From assembly GCA_034189385.1 (NCBI GenBank), contig JAXHVD010000005.1:32001-96000 (forward strand): a stretch of DNA of 64,000 bases, written 5' to 3'. Position 1 is the stretch's first letter, and each line of letters opens with the position of its first letter. Source of the DNA: Thermodesulfobacteriota bacterium. Its GTDB lineage: Bacteria; Desulfobacterota; Desulfobacteria; Desulfobacterales; C00003060. The position numbers and the translations under genes were made by a program. The notes under the pieces are model-generated. The model made no database searches. It had not been told where the DNA came from and saw only the letters and a list, made by a program, of their open reading frames with translations. Positions 17,039 through 27,407 of this stretch are shown piece by piece.

Positions 17039-19123
17039 ATGAGACTAAAACATATACTCAGCCTGTTTTTTGTCGGCTTGTGTTTCCTCTTGTGCTTTCC
17101 GGTGGCTGTCCAATGTGGAGAAACCTCTAGGATTCTTATCCTTGTAAGAGGCGACCAGCCGCAGGTGCAATCTGTGAAAACAGAAGGCGGGCCAGAGGTA
17201 AAAATCGTTTACGGTGATGAGGAAGGGGGCGCAAAAGCTTCGGAGATGCTCATTGCGAAGCGTTTGCTGGGGGCCAACTATGATGTATTGACATCTGACG
17301 ACTTAGCTCCCTCTTTATGGCTATCAAGTGAGGATATTCTCGCGGCCAAGAAAGGGAATGTGCCAAAGGGACGAAAGGCCGCTGCCTTTTCTGACGCGAA
17401 CGTACTTTTCAGTGGTTTTATCAAGGTGGGCACGAGCGCGGAGGAAGTGCTGGATATGGAAATGAATAAAGCGGTGACCACCTTGTCTTACAAACTTGTA
17501 AGTACTGCTTCAGGAAAGGTCCTTGATCTAGATAGCAAGCAGTACCGCAGTAGCAGTAGATCTGCGAAAGAGGCTGTGCAGGCCACCTTGGAAACCATGG
17601 CCAATGAGGTCGCCCAGATGTTGGCAGAAAAGGTTCCTCTGGAGGTTTCCAAGAAAGATTCAGGATTGTTGGCAAAGTACAAGAAGAAGTTTGAAAAGAC
17701 CAAAGTGGCAAGGAAACCATCTGTCCCTCCAGAGCCGACGGCCTCAAAGGAAAAAGCGGCACCATCTCCTCAGATCATTATTATTAGCCCCCCGGTGGGA
17801 CGGGGATTTGAGGTGGTTGAGAAGAAGACCAAAATTACCATAGAGGGGCTTGCCAAAGATCCTGCCGGCATCAAACTGGTGAAGGTGAATGCTGATCCTG
17901 CCGACCTGGACACGGAGGGCTTCTTTTCTTACGAATCTACCCTGTCACCAGGAGATAACCGTTTTCTGGTGTTGGCCATGAACAAGGTTGGAAGTACGGC
18001 CACCAAGGAACTAGTCGTTAAACACAGGAAGGATGAATCTCCGCCTGAAATTGTCCTCATGAGGCCCCAGGTGACGAGGGGCTTTACAGTGGCGATGAAA
18101 CAGCCGCTGTCAAAGACCTTTGTCGAAGGCATGGTCAAAGACGACACCGGCATTCTTTATGTGAGAGTGAACGGAGGAGACGCCGCCGTTGACAAAGAAG
18201 GGTTTTTTTCTAAGGAGATTCCCGTAAAGGAGACCGATGAGAAGATCGTCATTGAGGCAGCTGACAAGGCGGGGAACCAGACGCGCAAAGAGTTTCAAAT
18301 TACCAGAACGTACGAAGGCACGAGGACCATGGCCCCTCTAGGGAGCGGGACCGTCAAACCGGTCCTCTGGGGCCTGGCCATAGGCGTTTCTCGATACGAC
18401 GGCACTACCGCGGATCTCAGATACGCCGATGACGACGCAAAGAGCCTGGCGGAGTCTCTAAAAAAACAGGAGGGTAGGCTCTTCTCTGAAGTTCATTTTG
18501 AGACTCTGGTGAATGAGGACGTGACGCGGGACAGTATTATCCAGAGCATGTCAAGGCACTTGGGCAAGGCCGCTCCGGACGATGTTGTTTTCATATTTAT
18601 TGCAGGTCACGGGGTGAAGCATCGCCAGTCCGGCTCATACTACTTTGTTCCGTACGACGCTGATTTTGATTCCATCCTTACAAAGGGACTCAGAATGTCC
18701 GATTTTGATGAAGCCGTTAGCATCCTGTCGAGGAACGTGAACAAGGTCATCCTGGCCATGGATACTTGTCATTCGGGGGCGATGAGACTGGGTGTGAGGG
18801 CTGAAGGGAGCGGGGAAAATCTGGCTGAAGCCCTGAGAGAGGCCAGCGGACGCTATGTTCTCGCGGCTTCAAAAGGCGGAGAGGAATCCCTTGAAAACGA
18901 GAAGTTCAAGATAGACAAACAAGACTCAGGACACGGGGCATTTACCTACGCGCTACTGGAAGGTATGTCCGGTAAGGCGAACTACGATGGGGACAACTAC
19001 ATTTCTCTGAACGAGCTTTTTCAATATGTGGCCAAGCGGGTCCCTCGGTTAACGGATGGAAAACAGCATCCGTACTTCACCGCAGCAGGAACGGATATGC
19101 CTTTGATTGTTTTGAAGGAGTAA
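17039..19123 (+). CDS. Exported caspase-like (peptidase C14) protein with two Ig-like repeats
   Basis: Signal peptide; two beta-rich repeats (PQIIIISP.../PEIVLMRP...); LAIGVSRY, catalytic FIAGHG and DTCHSG, HGAFTYALLEG. Confidence 0.9.
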   Translation: MRLKHILSLFFVGLCFLLCFPVAVQCGETSRILILVRGDQPQVQSVKTEGGPEVKIVYGDEEGGAKASEMLIAKRLLGANYDVLTSDDLAPSLWLSSEDILAAKKGNVPKGRKAAAFSDANVLFSGFIKVGTSAEEVLDMEMNKAVTTLSYKLVSTASGKVLDLDSKQYRSSSRSAKEAVQATLETMANEVAQMLAEKVPLEVSKKDSGLLAKYKKKFEKTKVARKPSVPPEPTASKEKAAPSPQIIIISPPVGRGFEVVEKKTKITIEGLAKDPAGIKLVKVNADPADLDTEGFFSYESTLSPGDNRFLVLAMNKVGSTATKELVVKHRKDESPPEIVLMRPQVTRGFTVAMKQPLSKTFVEGMVKDDTGILYVRVNGGDAAVDKEGFFSKEIPVKETDEKIVIEAADKAGNQTRKEFQITRTYEGTRTMAPLGSGTVKPVLWGLAIGVSRYDGTTADLRYADDDAKSLAESLKKQEGRLFSEVHFETLVNEDVTRDSIIQSMSRHLGKAAPDDVVFIFIAGHGVKHRQSGSYYFVPYDADFDSILTKGLRMSDFDEAVSILSRNVNKVILAMDTCHSGAMRLGVRAEGSGENLAEALREASGRYVLAASKGGEESLENEKFKIDKQDSGHGAFTYALLEGMSGKANYDGDNYISLNELFQYVAKRVPRLTDGKQHPYFTAAGTDMPLIVLKE

Positions 19124-19153
19124 GACCGCCCAAGGGCAGGGGCGCTAAACGAG

Positions 19154-19882
19154 ATGTCAGAAAACAGGAGGTCCACGTTGAAAGGAAATTACACTTCAGT
19201 AAAAGTCCTGCAGTTAACGGCGCTTTCAATAGTCCTTGCGCTCTTGGGGTGTGCGGGAGCTCCGCCTGCCGCTGATCTGCCGCCAACACCGGAAGAAAAG
19301 ATGGACTGGTCCACACTGCCCAGTCCGCCACAGAAGAAGCAGCTTGTTGCTGTCGCGGGTTTTGAGAACAAGAGCACCTATTCTGCTGACAAACTCTGGG
19401 ATACATCCTCCCGCATCCTGGCAAGTTACCTGTTGCGGGCCGGATACTTCCGGGTAGTGGAATGGGAGAAGATGAAGCAGCTCTTTGACTGGGACACCTT
19501 GAGTACGGCCAGCCTGGTGAAAACGCCGGAAAATATGAAAAAAGCACAGCGTATATTGTTATGTGAGCAGTTTCTTTCCGGGTCGATCACGTATTTCGAC
19601 GTGCGACAACATGCAAGTGTGAGCGCTACTTCCAAGAAAAAGGTCATAGACACAACCATCCGGGTCGATCTACTCCTCCAAGATGCTCAGTCTGGGGAGT
19701 ATGTCTCTGCTGGCATGGGCGAACATACGGTGAGCCAGGTCTATTCAGGGGGGCTCTCAGGTGGCCAGACGGGAAGCTGGGATCCGCGCGCCGCAGATAA
19801 AGCGCTGGATATGGCCATTGGCAAGGCATTACTTGAATTGATTTCAAATTTTGACCGGCTTGTGGGACATGGGGCTTCGTAG
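19154..19882 (+). CDS. CsgG/HfaB-family lipoprotein
   Basis: Lipobox LLGC; VAVAGFENKS...GYFRVVE...LSGSITYF...IRVDLLLQDAQSGE pattern. Confidence 0.75.
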   Translation: MSENRRSTLKGNYTSVKVLQLTALSIVLALLGCAGAPPAADLPPTPEEKMDWSTLPSPPQKKQLVAVAGFENKSTYSADKLWDTSSRILASYLLRAGYFRVVEWEKMKQLFDWDTLSTASLVKTPENMKKAQRILLCEQFLSGSITYFDVRQHASVSATSKKKVIDTTIRVDLLLQDAQSGEYVSAGMGEHTVSQVYSGGLSGGQTGSWDPRAADKALDMAIGKALLELISNFDRLVGHGAS

Positions 19883-20314
19883 CGCCTCTTATCTGGGGCC
19901 GCAGTGTTGAATTTCCATCAAAGGAACACTGATAACCCTGCGAGCCTTCGTGGGGTGGGACATATCGATGGTCGAACAAGGAGTTTTGACGCACGGGGTT
20001 TTCGAACGCTTCCTTTCTAAAATCCTTCAACAGTTGTCAATCCTTGCTCATTATTCGATGTTCAGTCAGTCCTGGAGTGGCGTTCAGCTTCAAGTTTGCT
20101 TCCGTGTGTGAAGGGGCACGGGGGTCGTGTCTCGTCATCACGGGATACCTCTTTTTAAATCAACCGTAGTCGAAAATCAGGGGGGAGCAATGAGAAGTAA
20201 AATGGAAGGGAAGCGGGAGCCTCCAAGGCCCATTGGCACGGAGCAAGGGGTGGTAGCGTTTAGTAAAATAAAGAGTGGGCTATTTCGTTTGCCAAAGGTG
20301 AAAGGAGAGTCAGA

Positions 20315-21982
20315 ATGAGAAGATTCAGGTCAAACACTCTGGCACAGATTCTATGCTTCATTGCTGTTGCCTTTTTCGTTGTACCGAGTCATGTGGCATC
20401 CGTCCTTGCCGAGGAGGTCATAAAGGCCACTACAAAGGTCGAACACAAACCCATCAAGTACTTTGTCCCCGAAAAAAGGATCAAGCTTCAGGCAGAGGTC
20501 ACGGACAAGGAAGGGGTGAATCTCGTCCGGTGCTATTTTCGGGCCGTTGAGCAGGCCGACTATGTGTTTGTGGCCATGAAGCCGGGCAGCAGCCTGTATT
20601 CAGGCGTCATTCCTGCGCCGAGCAAAGAGACAGAAATGCTTGAGTATCTGTTTCTGGTTGTGAATGGTGAAAACAAAGTAGTCAAAACACAGACATTTAA
20701 GGTCGAGAAAAAGGACGACGACGACACACCGGCATGGCAGGAGGTGAGCTCAAAGGGCGATATCCATGTGAGTACTGAGTTGGCCCAGGCCCCCACAGCG
20801 CCGCCGGGTTTTGCAGACTCCATTGCAATAGACGTTGCTGAATCATCTGCCCGTTTTGGTTTTGTGGTGGGGGGTATCTACACAGCGCTTCAGGCTTCAG
20901 ACTCTGGAGGCACTTCCGGCACTGCCGCAGCAGCAGATAGCGCAGGCACCATTTCCGCCAAAACAGGTGGTCTGTCCACGTTGGCCTATGTTGGCATTGG
21001 TGCTGCCCTTGTGGCTGGAGGCGCTGCTGCCGCTGGAGGCGGTGGAGGCGGTGGCGGCGGTGGCGGCGGTAATGGAGGACTCTCAGGCGTTACCGTAGAT
21101 AGCACCGCTGTCAGTATAGCTTTCTGGGACTGTGGGTCGGCAGATACTGATCCGCCGTGCAACAATGATGGGGACGTCATCGACGCCAGCCTCAATGGGG
21201 CACCTATTGCACAGAGCCTTAGGTTGTCTCCAAGTGAAGACGTTCGCCAAGTCAGCTTAAGAGAGGGACAAAACACCCTTAGGATCATGGCACGGCAAGA
21301 TGGAGAGTGTCCCGGCAACGCGGCATGCCTTCGTATCTCAAACGTAACCTCAGGCGATCCAACTCAGGATTGGCAGCTTTCCGCCGTAGGACATGAGGGT
21401 TGGCCCCAAAGTGCTACGATGCCGATAAACGCTCCAACGGACGACACAACCACCACAACGACAAGCACTACGACTACGTCGACCACAACCACAGGGACAA
21501 CCACAGCGCCTCCGACGACAATACCGACGACGACAATATCAACAACGACAATACCAATGCCTACGTCAACAACAACAGTGGCCGATCCCTGTGCAGGCAA
21601 CCATCCTCCTCAAGTGGGGGGTGTGAATGTGTACGGGGCTCAGAATACAAGTGCCCTTTGTGTGGGCGACCGTATTGCCTTCACAGCAAGCGGTTATGAT
21701 GCAGATACCAACTTGGACGTACAAAGTATCTATGTGACGGTGGTAAATAAGACTTACGGCACCCAAGGGGCCCAGACCTTCTATCCCCAACCTTCAGGAG
21801 TTGGCAATTCTTTTACGGTGTCGAGAGTAACCAGGTTCAGTGTTGGATATGAGGACGCCCAGTATTGCGTTTACGTCCAGCTACAGGACAAATGCGGAAA
21901 CCGGAGCAATACCGGAGCCGGCTGTGCTTACAGCAGCGACTGTAGCGGACATCACGATGACGACTATTATGACGATTATTAG
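20315..21982 (+). CDS. Secreted modular protein with poly-Gly linker, Thr-rich mucin-like tract and Cys-containing beta domains
   Basis: RBS AAAGGAG, signal peptide, hydrophobic segment followed by a long Gly run, Thr tract at about 21434-21589, acidic Tyr/Asp tail HHDDDYYDDY. Confidence 0.8.
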   Translation: MRRFRSNTLAQILCFIAVAFFVVPSHVASVLAEEVIKATTKVEHKPIKYFVPEKRIKLQAEVTDKEGVNLVRCYFRAVEQADYVFVAMKPGSSLYSGVIPAPSKETEMLEYLFLVVNGENKVVKTQTFKVEKKDDDDTPAWQEVSSKGDIHVSTELAQAPTAPPGFADSIAIDVAESSARFGFVVGGIYTALQASDSGGTSGTAAAADSAGTISAKTGGLSTLAYVGIGAALVAGGAAAAGGGGGGGGGGGGNGGLSGVTVDSTAVSIAFWDCGSADTDPPCNNDGDVIDASLNGAPIAQSLRLSPSEDVRQVSLREGQNTLRIMARQDGECPGNAACLRISNVTSGDPTQDWQLSAVGHEGWPQSATMPINAPTDDTTTTTTSTTTTSTTTTGTTTAPPTTIPTTTISTTTIPMPTSTTTVADPCAGNHPPQVGGVNVYGAQNTSALCVGDRIAFTASGYDADTNLDVQSIYVTVVNKTYGTQGAQTFYPQPSGVGNSFTVSRVTRFSVGYEDAQYCVYVQLQDKCGNRSNTGAGCAYSSDCSGHHDDDYYDDY

Positions 21983-22247
21983 AAATTATTAGACAGGCAA
22001 AGGATATTCTTTCGTCTTCTCCCCTTGGGGGCATTGATGATTCACCCAAGAGGTTTTTCCCCGTACGGCTGCGATTCATCTGTGCATGGACCGTACATGA
22101 TAATAGCTTGCTGGTAAGGCCTTTTGGCTTGACAGCTTTTTAGGAGAGGGCCTCCGATCAGTTCCGGCGCATTTTCTTGCGCCTCTTGTGCCAAGAAGGC
22201 AATTATTTTTGCCATGGCAGGGGAGCCGTATCATCATTCTAGCATAA

Positions 22248-23732
22248 GTGAAATGTATGCTGTCCATAGTACTTCATTACTTCCATGGTAGAGGTTTCGT
22301 TCTCTCTCGCCTGTGTTGGTGCGGGCTGATCCTATCCATAGTCTGCTATTGGGAAGGTGTCGGCGCTGAAGAGAACGCCACCGGACGAGGAGAGGATGAG
22401 AGCGTTATGTCCCTCACTCTGGAAGAGGCCATCAACCTGGCCCTTGAGGCGAACAGGAATCTTCTTATTTCAACCTCCAATTTGGAAAGCCAGACACTAT
22501 TCTTGACTTCAGCCCAATCGGAATTCGAACTGAAGTTTGCGCCGTCCGTGACCGGAGACGCCAGCGATGATTACAAAAGCATAGGATCAGAGATCTCCCT
22601 GGACAAGAAACTTAAGATGGGACCAAGGGCTACATTGACGCCGGGGATTGCAATTTCAGATGTAGGGGACAAGTATTCAGGGAGGACAGCTCTCTCGCTT
22701 GAGATGCCACTTCTGAGAGATTTCGGCAGAGAGGTCACCCTGGACAGTGTGCGGTCTTCGGAGTTCTCAGTCAGGACTGCGGAAAGGTCTCTGTATTTCA
22801 CAAGGGTGAATACGGTTTTGGACACCGTTTTCGGTGTCTACGACATCATCAAACAAAGGGAACTCGTCGAGCTCTATGATTCTCAGGTCAAACGCTTGAA
22901 CGGACACGCTGAAACGGCAAAGATAAAGGAGAAGGTCGGCCTGGCAACGCCTATAGACATTTATCGTGCAGAGATTCGCCTTAAGGACGCTGAGGACAGC
23001 CTAACACAGGCCCGCGAAGCCCTTAGTTCTTCTGAGGATGCGCTGAAGCTGATTCTTGCAATGCCGCTGGACACATCAATCGCGGTGACTGCCCCCGTCG
23101 AGTATGATCCAATCAATGTGAATATAGATGATGCGGTTGAAATAGCGCATAATAATAGAGTAGAACTGGAGGGCCAGAGAGATCAAATTCGAGAAGTCGA
23201 GAGGAGGTCTCGTGTTTACAAGCATAGACTGCTGCCACAGTTAAACGTCGTCATGAATTACGAAAAGTATGGCACTTCTGATGACTTCAGCGAGAGCACG
23301 AGATTGGACGAGGATCGTTGGAGCATTAATCTGGTTAGCACAACCGATTGGGCTCGAACCGCGGAAAAAGCAGCATTCAGGCAAAGCCTCCTTGACATTA
23401 AAACAGCCCGGCTGGATCTTGAAGCGAGGCGAGATGAGATAACCCGAGAGGTGCGGCGACAACTGGAAGCACTAAGAAAGTCCAGGGAACGTATTGAAAT
23501 TAGGAGCGAAAAGATAAAACAGGCTAAGGGAAAACTGGCCCTGGCAAAAATCAAGTTTAATTACGGAATGGCCAACAATTTTGACGTCATTGAGGCAGAG
23601 ACAGAGCTCCAGCAGGCGCAGGTGGATTTACTTTCCACAGAGGTAGAATACATTGTGGGAACCTACAACCTGAGAGCTGTTTTAGGCACGCTCATTGAAA
23701 GAGGGGGAGATCCAGTTTTTAATGCGTCTTAA
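22248..23732 (+). CDS. TolC-family outer membrane efflux protein
   Basis: LTLEEAINLALEANRNL, two OEP repeats, GMANNFDVIEAETEL; start uncertain. Confidence 0.88.
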   Translation: MKCMLSIVLHYFHGRGFVLSRLCWCGLILSIVCYWEGVGAEENATGRGEDESVMSLTLEEAINLALEANRNLLISTSNLESQTLFLTSAQSEFELKFAPSVTGDASDDYKSIGSEISLDKKLKMGPRATLTPGIAISDVGDKYSGRTALSLEMPLLRDFGREVTLDSVRSSEFSVRTAERSLYFTRVNTVLDTVFGVYDIIKQRELVELYDSQVKRLNGHAETAKIKEKVGLATPIDIYRAEIRLKDAEDSLTQAREALSSSEDALKLILAMPLDTSIAVTAPVEYDPINVNIDDAVEIAHNNRVELEGQRDQIREVERRSRVYKHRLLPQLNVVMNYEKYGTSDDFSESTRLDEDRWSINLVSTTDWARTAEKAAFRQSLLDIKTARLDLEARRDEITREVRRQLEALRKSRERIEIRSEKIKQAKGKLALAKIKFNYGMANNFDVIEAETELQQAQVDLLSTEVEYIVGTYNLRAVLGTLIERGGDPVFNAS

Positions 23733-25173
23733 ACCCATACACAAGTATTCCATGCTGGCTATGGGCCTGGTCACGGTTGGACTTCTGTTGGTCCGTTTCG
23801 TGACGCCCGGCTCCAGTAATCACGATGTTCAATTGGCAACGGTGTCCGCCAGTAGTTTTGACATACGGGTGAACGCCGTGGGGGTGTTGGATACGGAAAG
23901 GTCCCACACGATTTCCTCTGCTATTGGAGGAAACAAGGGGAAAATTGTCTACTTGATAGAAGACGGAACGTGGGTCAAGGAAGGTGATGTGTTGGTGGGG
24001 CTCGACGCCACGCCCTTTGAGGAGGCCGTTCGTACCTTGAAGGGATCGGTTGAGGCCCTGGAGGCTGAAGTAAAAGGAGAGGAACAGAAAGTAGAGTGGG
24101 AAAAAAACCAGGTTGAACGAGAAATCAAAGCAGCCGAATACGGGCTGAAAGTTACCAAACTGGATTTGAAGAAGGTTGTTGAAGGAGACGGGCCCCTTCA
24201 GTTGGCTCAATTCAAGGAGGAGATGGAGAAGGCTAAGGAAGACCATTCCCGCCACCAGTCATATATACGGGACCTGGAAGAGTTGAGCCAAAAAGGGTTC
24301 AATAATCCTACAGAAATGGCTTTAGCAAGAGAAAGAATAGCAGAGTTGAAAGAAAGACATGATGCGGCCAGTAAGAAGTATGCCAGTTATAATGAACACG
24401 TTCTTCCGTCGCTCGTAGAAGCTGCCAAGGCCAAGGTAGGAAAAGCCGACATGGAACTCGAGCAGATCAAGAAGGGCGCCGTCTTCAAGGTAGCCAGGGC
24501 AGTAGCTTCCATGGAAGAGGCTAAGGGCAGACTGAAAGCGACCAGGGCCTCACTCACGCAGGCAAAGAGCGACTTGGGAAAGACAACTATCGGTGCTCCT
24601 TTTTCAGGGATAGCTATCTTATTTGAGACATTTCGAGATGGAGAAAAGAGAAAACCAAGAGTGGGGGACCAGGCCTGGCAGAATCAACCTTTGCTGTACC
24701 TACCAGACATGTCTTCCATGATAGTCAAAACTCAGATTCGGGAAATTGACCTTCACAAGATTAGACTGGGACAAAAGTGCATGGTGAAGGTTGACGCCTA
24801 TCCTGACGCTGAGTTCGAAGGCGAAGTGATCTTTATCGGTGTACTGGCCTCTAAGCGCTTTGAGGGAGGGATAGGGGAGAAGTATTTCCAACTCACCCTT
24901 TCTCTTAAGAGTGAAGACTCAAGGCTCAGACCGGGCATGACGGCAAGGGTCTCCATATTGACAGACAGCGTTAAAGACGCCCTCTGTGTTCCGTCCCAAG
25001 CCGTCTTTGACGAAGGAGGTAAGAAATACTGTTATCAGTATACGGGCCAAAGCTTTCTAAGAGCAGAAGTCTCTTTGGGCAAACAGAATGAGGATTTGGC
25101 TGAGATCTTATCAGGGCTGAGAAAGGGGGACAAGGTCAGCTTGGTCAAACCGCCTCGGCAAGAAACAAGATAG
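23722..25173 (+). CDS. MacA-like efflux periplasmic adaptor
   Basis: N-terminal TM helix, GTWVKEGDVLVGLD, coiled coil, TIGAPFSG, RLRPGMTARV, GLRKGDKV. Confidence 0.9.
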   Translation: MRLKPIHKYSMLAMGLVTVGLLLVRFVTPGSSNHDVQLATVSASSFDIRVNAVGVLDTERSHTISSAIGGNKGKIVYLIEDGTWVKEGDVLVGLDATPFEEAVRTLKGSVEALEAEVKGEEQKVEWEKNQVEREIKAAEYGLKVTKLDLKKVVEGDGPLQLAQFKEEMEKAKEDHSRHQSYIRDLEELSQKGFNNPTEMALARERIAELKERHDAASKKYASYNEHVLPSLVEAAKAKVGKADMELEQIKKGAVFKVARAVASMEEAKGRLKATRASLTQAKSDLGKTTIGAPFSGIAILFETFRDGEKRKPRVGDQAWQNQPLLYLPDMSSMIVKTQIREIDLHKIRLGQKCMVKVDAYPDAEFEGEVIFIGVLASKRFEGGIGEKYFQLTLSLKSEDSRLRPGMTARVSILTDSVKDALCVPSQAVFDEGGKKYCYQYTGQSFLRAEVSLGKQNEDLAEILSGLRKGDKVSLVKPPRQETR

Positions 25174-25236
25174 GGGGTCGCGGCTGTCCATACCCGCCGG
25201 TGAAGGAAAGACGGAAAAGGGTGAAAGACTACGGAC

Positions 25237-25926
25237 ATGTCATATCTGATAGAGGCATCGGGAATCACCAAGGAATTTAGCATTGGCGGATCTTTGATTC
25301 AAGCTTTAGATAACATTGACCTCCAGGTTGACAAGGGTGAGTTTGTAGCCATCATGGGACCTTCCGGGTCAGGGAAGTCCACTTTGTTGCACGTCCTGGG
25401 ATGTTTAGAAAGGCCCACCTCGGGGACTTACTTGCTAAATGGCACAGACGTCTTTCAATCTTCGGACAGAGAGCTTTCTCACTTTCGCGCCAACCACATA
25501 GGCTTCGTGTTTCAAACTTTCAACCTTCTATCCCAATTGACTGTTTTTGAGAACGTAGAGCTTCCGTTTTTCTATTCCTCCAGTACGAATGGGGAGACAA
25601 GTGCCCGAGTGACGAGGGCCATTGAAGAGGTGGGGCTCATTGACAGGCTTGACCACCGGCCGTCAGAGCTTTCCGGAGGTGAGATGCAGCGCGTGGCCAT
25701 TGCCAGGGCCCTGGCCATTGCACCCACACTCATTCTGGCAGATGAGCCCACGGGCAACCTGGATTCCAGGACCAGCCAGGAGATCCTTGAGCTGTTTGAT
25801 AGGCTCCACAATGACGGTGCAACCATGCTGATGGTAACCCATGATCGTGAAGTGGCGTCCCGGTCTCAGCGGGTCATGACTTTAAGGGACGGCAAATTCA
25901 TTGACGGCATTGAGGTTGGAAGGTGA
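25237..25926 (+). CDS. ABC transporter ATP-binding protein (MacB/LolD type)
   Basis: GPSGSGKST, LSGGEMQRVAIARAL, ADEPTGNLD, VTHD. Confidence 0.96.
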   Translation: MSYLIEASGITKEFSIGGSLIQALDNIDLQVDKGEFVAIMGPSGSGKSTLLHVLGCLERPTSGTYLLNGTDVFQSSDRELSHFRANHIGFVFQTFNLLSQLTVFENVELPFFYSSSTNGETSARVTRAIEEVGLIDRLDHRPSELSGGEMQRVAIARALAIAPTLILADEPTGNLDSRTSQEILELFDRLHNDGATMLMVTHDREVASRSQRVMTLRDGKFIDGIEVGR

Positions 25927-27173
25927 ATAGGGCTTCAAAGATTATTGCATTGGCCATTCGGTCTTTGCTGCAACACAAATTGAGGGCGGCCTTGAGCATT
26001 CTAGGAGTCATATGCGGGGTCACGGCAGTCCTTGCCATGCTGTCCATAGGGGAGGGCGCCAAGCGAGAAGTCCTGAGCCAGATAGAGCAACTGGGCACAA
26101 AGAACATCTATCTTAAGGCAGTGGCTTTGACGGAGAATCAAGAAATAAAGGCAAGAGAGAAACTGTCCCGGGGCTTAAGCACGTACGATAGGGATCGCAT
26201 TGTTCGGGGTTGTGCAGCAGTGAGAGATGTAGCCTGCTTGATGGAACTGCCTGCGTCGGTCATTGGTATGGCAAGGGAAGTGTCTCCTCAGATTGTAGCC
26301 TGTTCCTCCAACTATGGTGAGGTGCACAGAATCCCTCTTTCCTACGGACGGTTTGTTGGCGATCAGGATGTGGAGCGCAAGTATAGAGTCTGCGTGCTGG
26401 GTTGGGATGTGTCTGAAAGTCTGGGCTCAGAGGGCCGGCTGGGAAGCCACATAAGAATGGAAGACCACCTATACCAAATCGTGGGTGTTTTGAAGAGACA
26501 GGACTTCAAGACCGCCAAATCATCAGTCGTATCTGTCCGAAACCATAATCAGATGATTTTCGTTCCCCTGGGGACGGAAGGGAATCTTGTGCAAGGCCCG
26601 CAAAGAAAGGGTAATCGATCGACCGGCGGTTTGACGGAACTGGTCGTTCAGGTGCAAGAGACGGATCAGGTGATTGGAGCGGCAAGGGTCATTAGAAGAA
26701 TTATGGAAAGATCCCACGGTGGTGCACAGGATTATCAGATGGTTGTCCCTCAAGAGTTATTGAGACAGGCACAAAAGACCCAGAGAACCTTCAATATTGT
26801 TTTGGGCAGCATTGCCTGTATCTCTCTGCTAGTGGGCGGCATAGGGATCATGAACATTATGCTTGCCACCGTGTCGGAACGAACAAGAGAGATCGGGATC
26901 AGAAGAGCGGTGGGGGCTGCACGTGAACACATCATGATTCAATTTCTTGCTGAATCCGTACTATTGACTTTTTCCGGTGGCATTGTCGGGGTTGCAGGCG
27001 GCATAGTGGGCGTGTGGCTTATTACAGCCATGGCTGGATGGAAGACGGCCATAACGATCTGGTCGATTATTCTTTCTTTACTGATGTCCACCGTCGTGGG
27101 GATCTTTTTCGGCCTCTACCCTGCCTACCATGCCGCTAAAATGGACCCGATCGCAGCCCTTCGCCACGAGTGA
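25923..27173 (+). CDS. ABC transporter permease (MacB/FtsX family)
   Basis: SLLVGGIGIMNIMLATVSERTREIGIRRAVGA, GLYPAYHAAKMDPIAALRHE. Confidence 0.96.
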   Translation: MNRASKIIALAIRSLLQHKLRAALSILGVICGVTAVLAMLSIGEGAKREVLSQIEQLGTKNIYLKAVALTENQEIKAREKLSRGLSTYDRDRIVRGCAAVRDVACLMELPASVIGMAREVSPQIVACSSNYGEVHRIPLSYGRFVGDQDVERKYRVCVLGWDVSESLGSEGRLGSHIRMEDHLYQIVGVLKRQDFKTAKSSVVSVRNHNQMIFVPLGTEGNLVQGPQRKGNRSTGGLTELVVQVQETDQVIGAARVIRRIMERSHGGAQDYQMVVPQELLRQAQKTQRTFNIVLGSIACISLLVGGIGIMNIMLATVSERTREIGIRRAVGAAREHIMIQFLAESVLLTFSGGIVGVAGGIVGVWLITAMAGWKTAITIWSIILSLLMSTVVGIFFGLYPAYHAAKMDPIAALRHE

Positions 27174-27407
27174 GCGGGGGGCTGAAAAGGTGCCATGACA
27201 GTGAAATATGAATGACAGACTCTGAGAAAAAGCATCTATTTCTGGTGTGGTGACACGGCTTAAGGCGCATGGCGTGCGGCGCAAGACATCTGGCCTTGCG
27301 TCCTAAGTCTCATGCCTTGCGCCTCGATTTTGTCCCCAAAAGGTTCTTCTACTCAACAGCCACGCAATCGGTTGGCATCATGTCTGTCATCAAGGAGGCT
27401 ATTAGCG

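Noticed and set aside
20233..20249. TTGGCACG sigma-54-like -24 box upstream of the Thr-rich protein
   Set aside because: The -12 position reads GG rather than GC, and no paired upstream sites were found.
21030..21075. GGC/GGT/GGA triplet run
   Set aside because: Simply encodes the poly-Gly linker with mixed codons; no sign of a contingency repeat.
27372..27388. TTGGCATC sigma-54-like box upstream of the GT2 gene
   Set aside because: The -12 position reads GT rather than GC.
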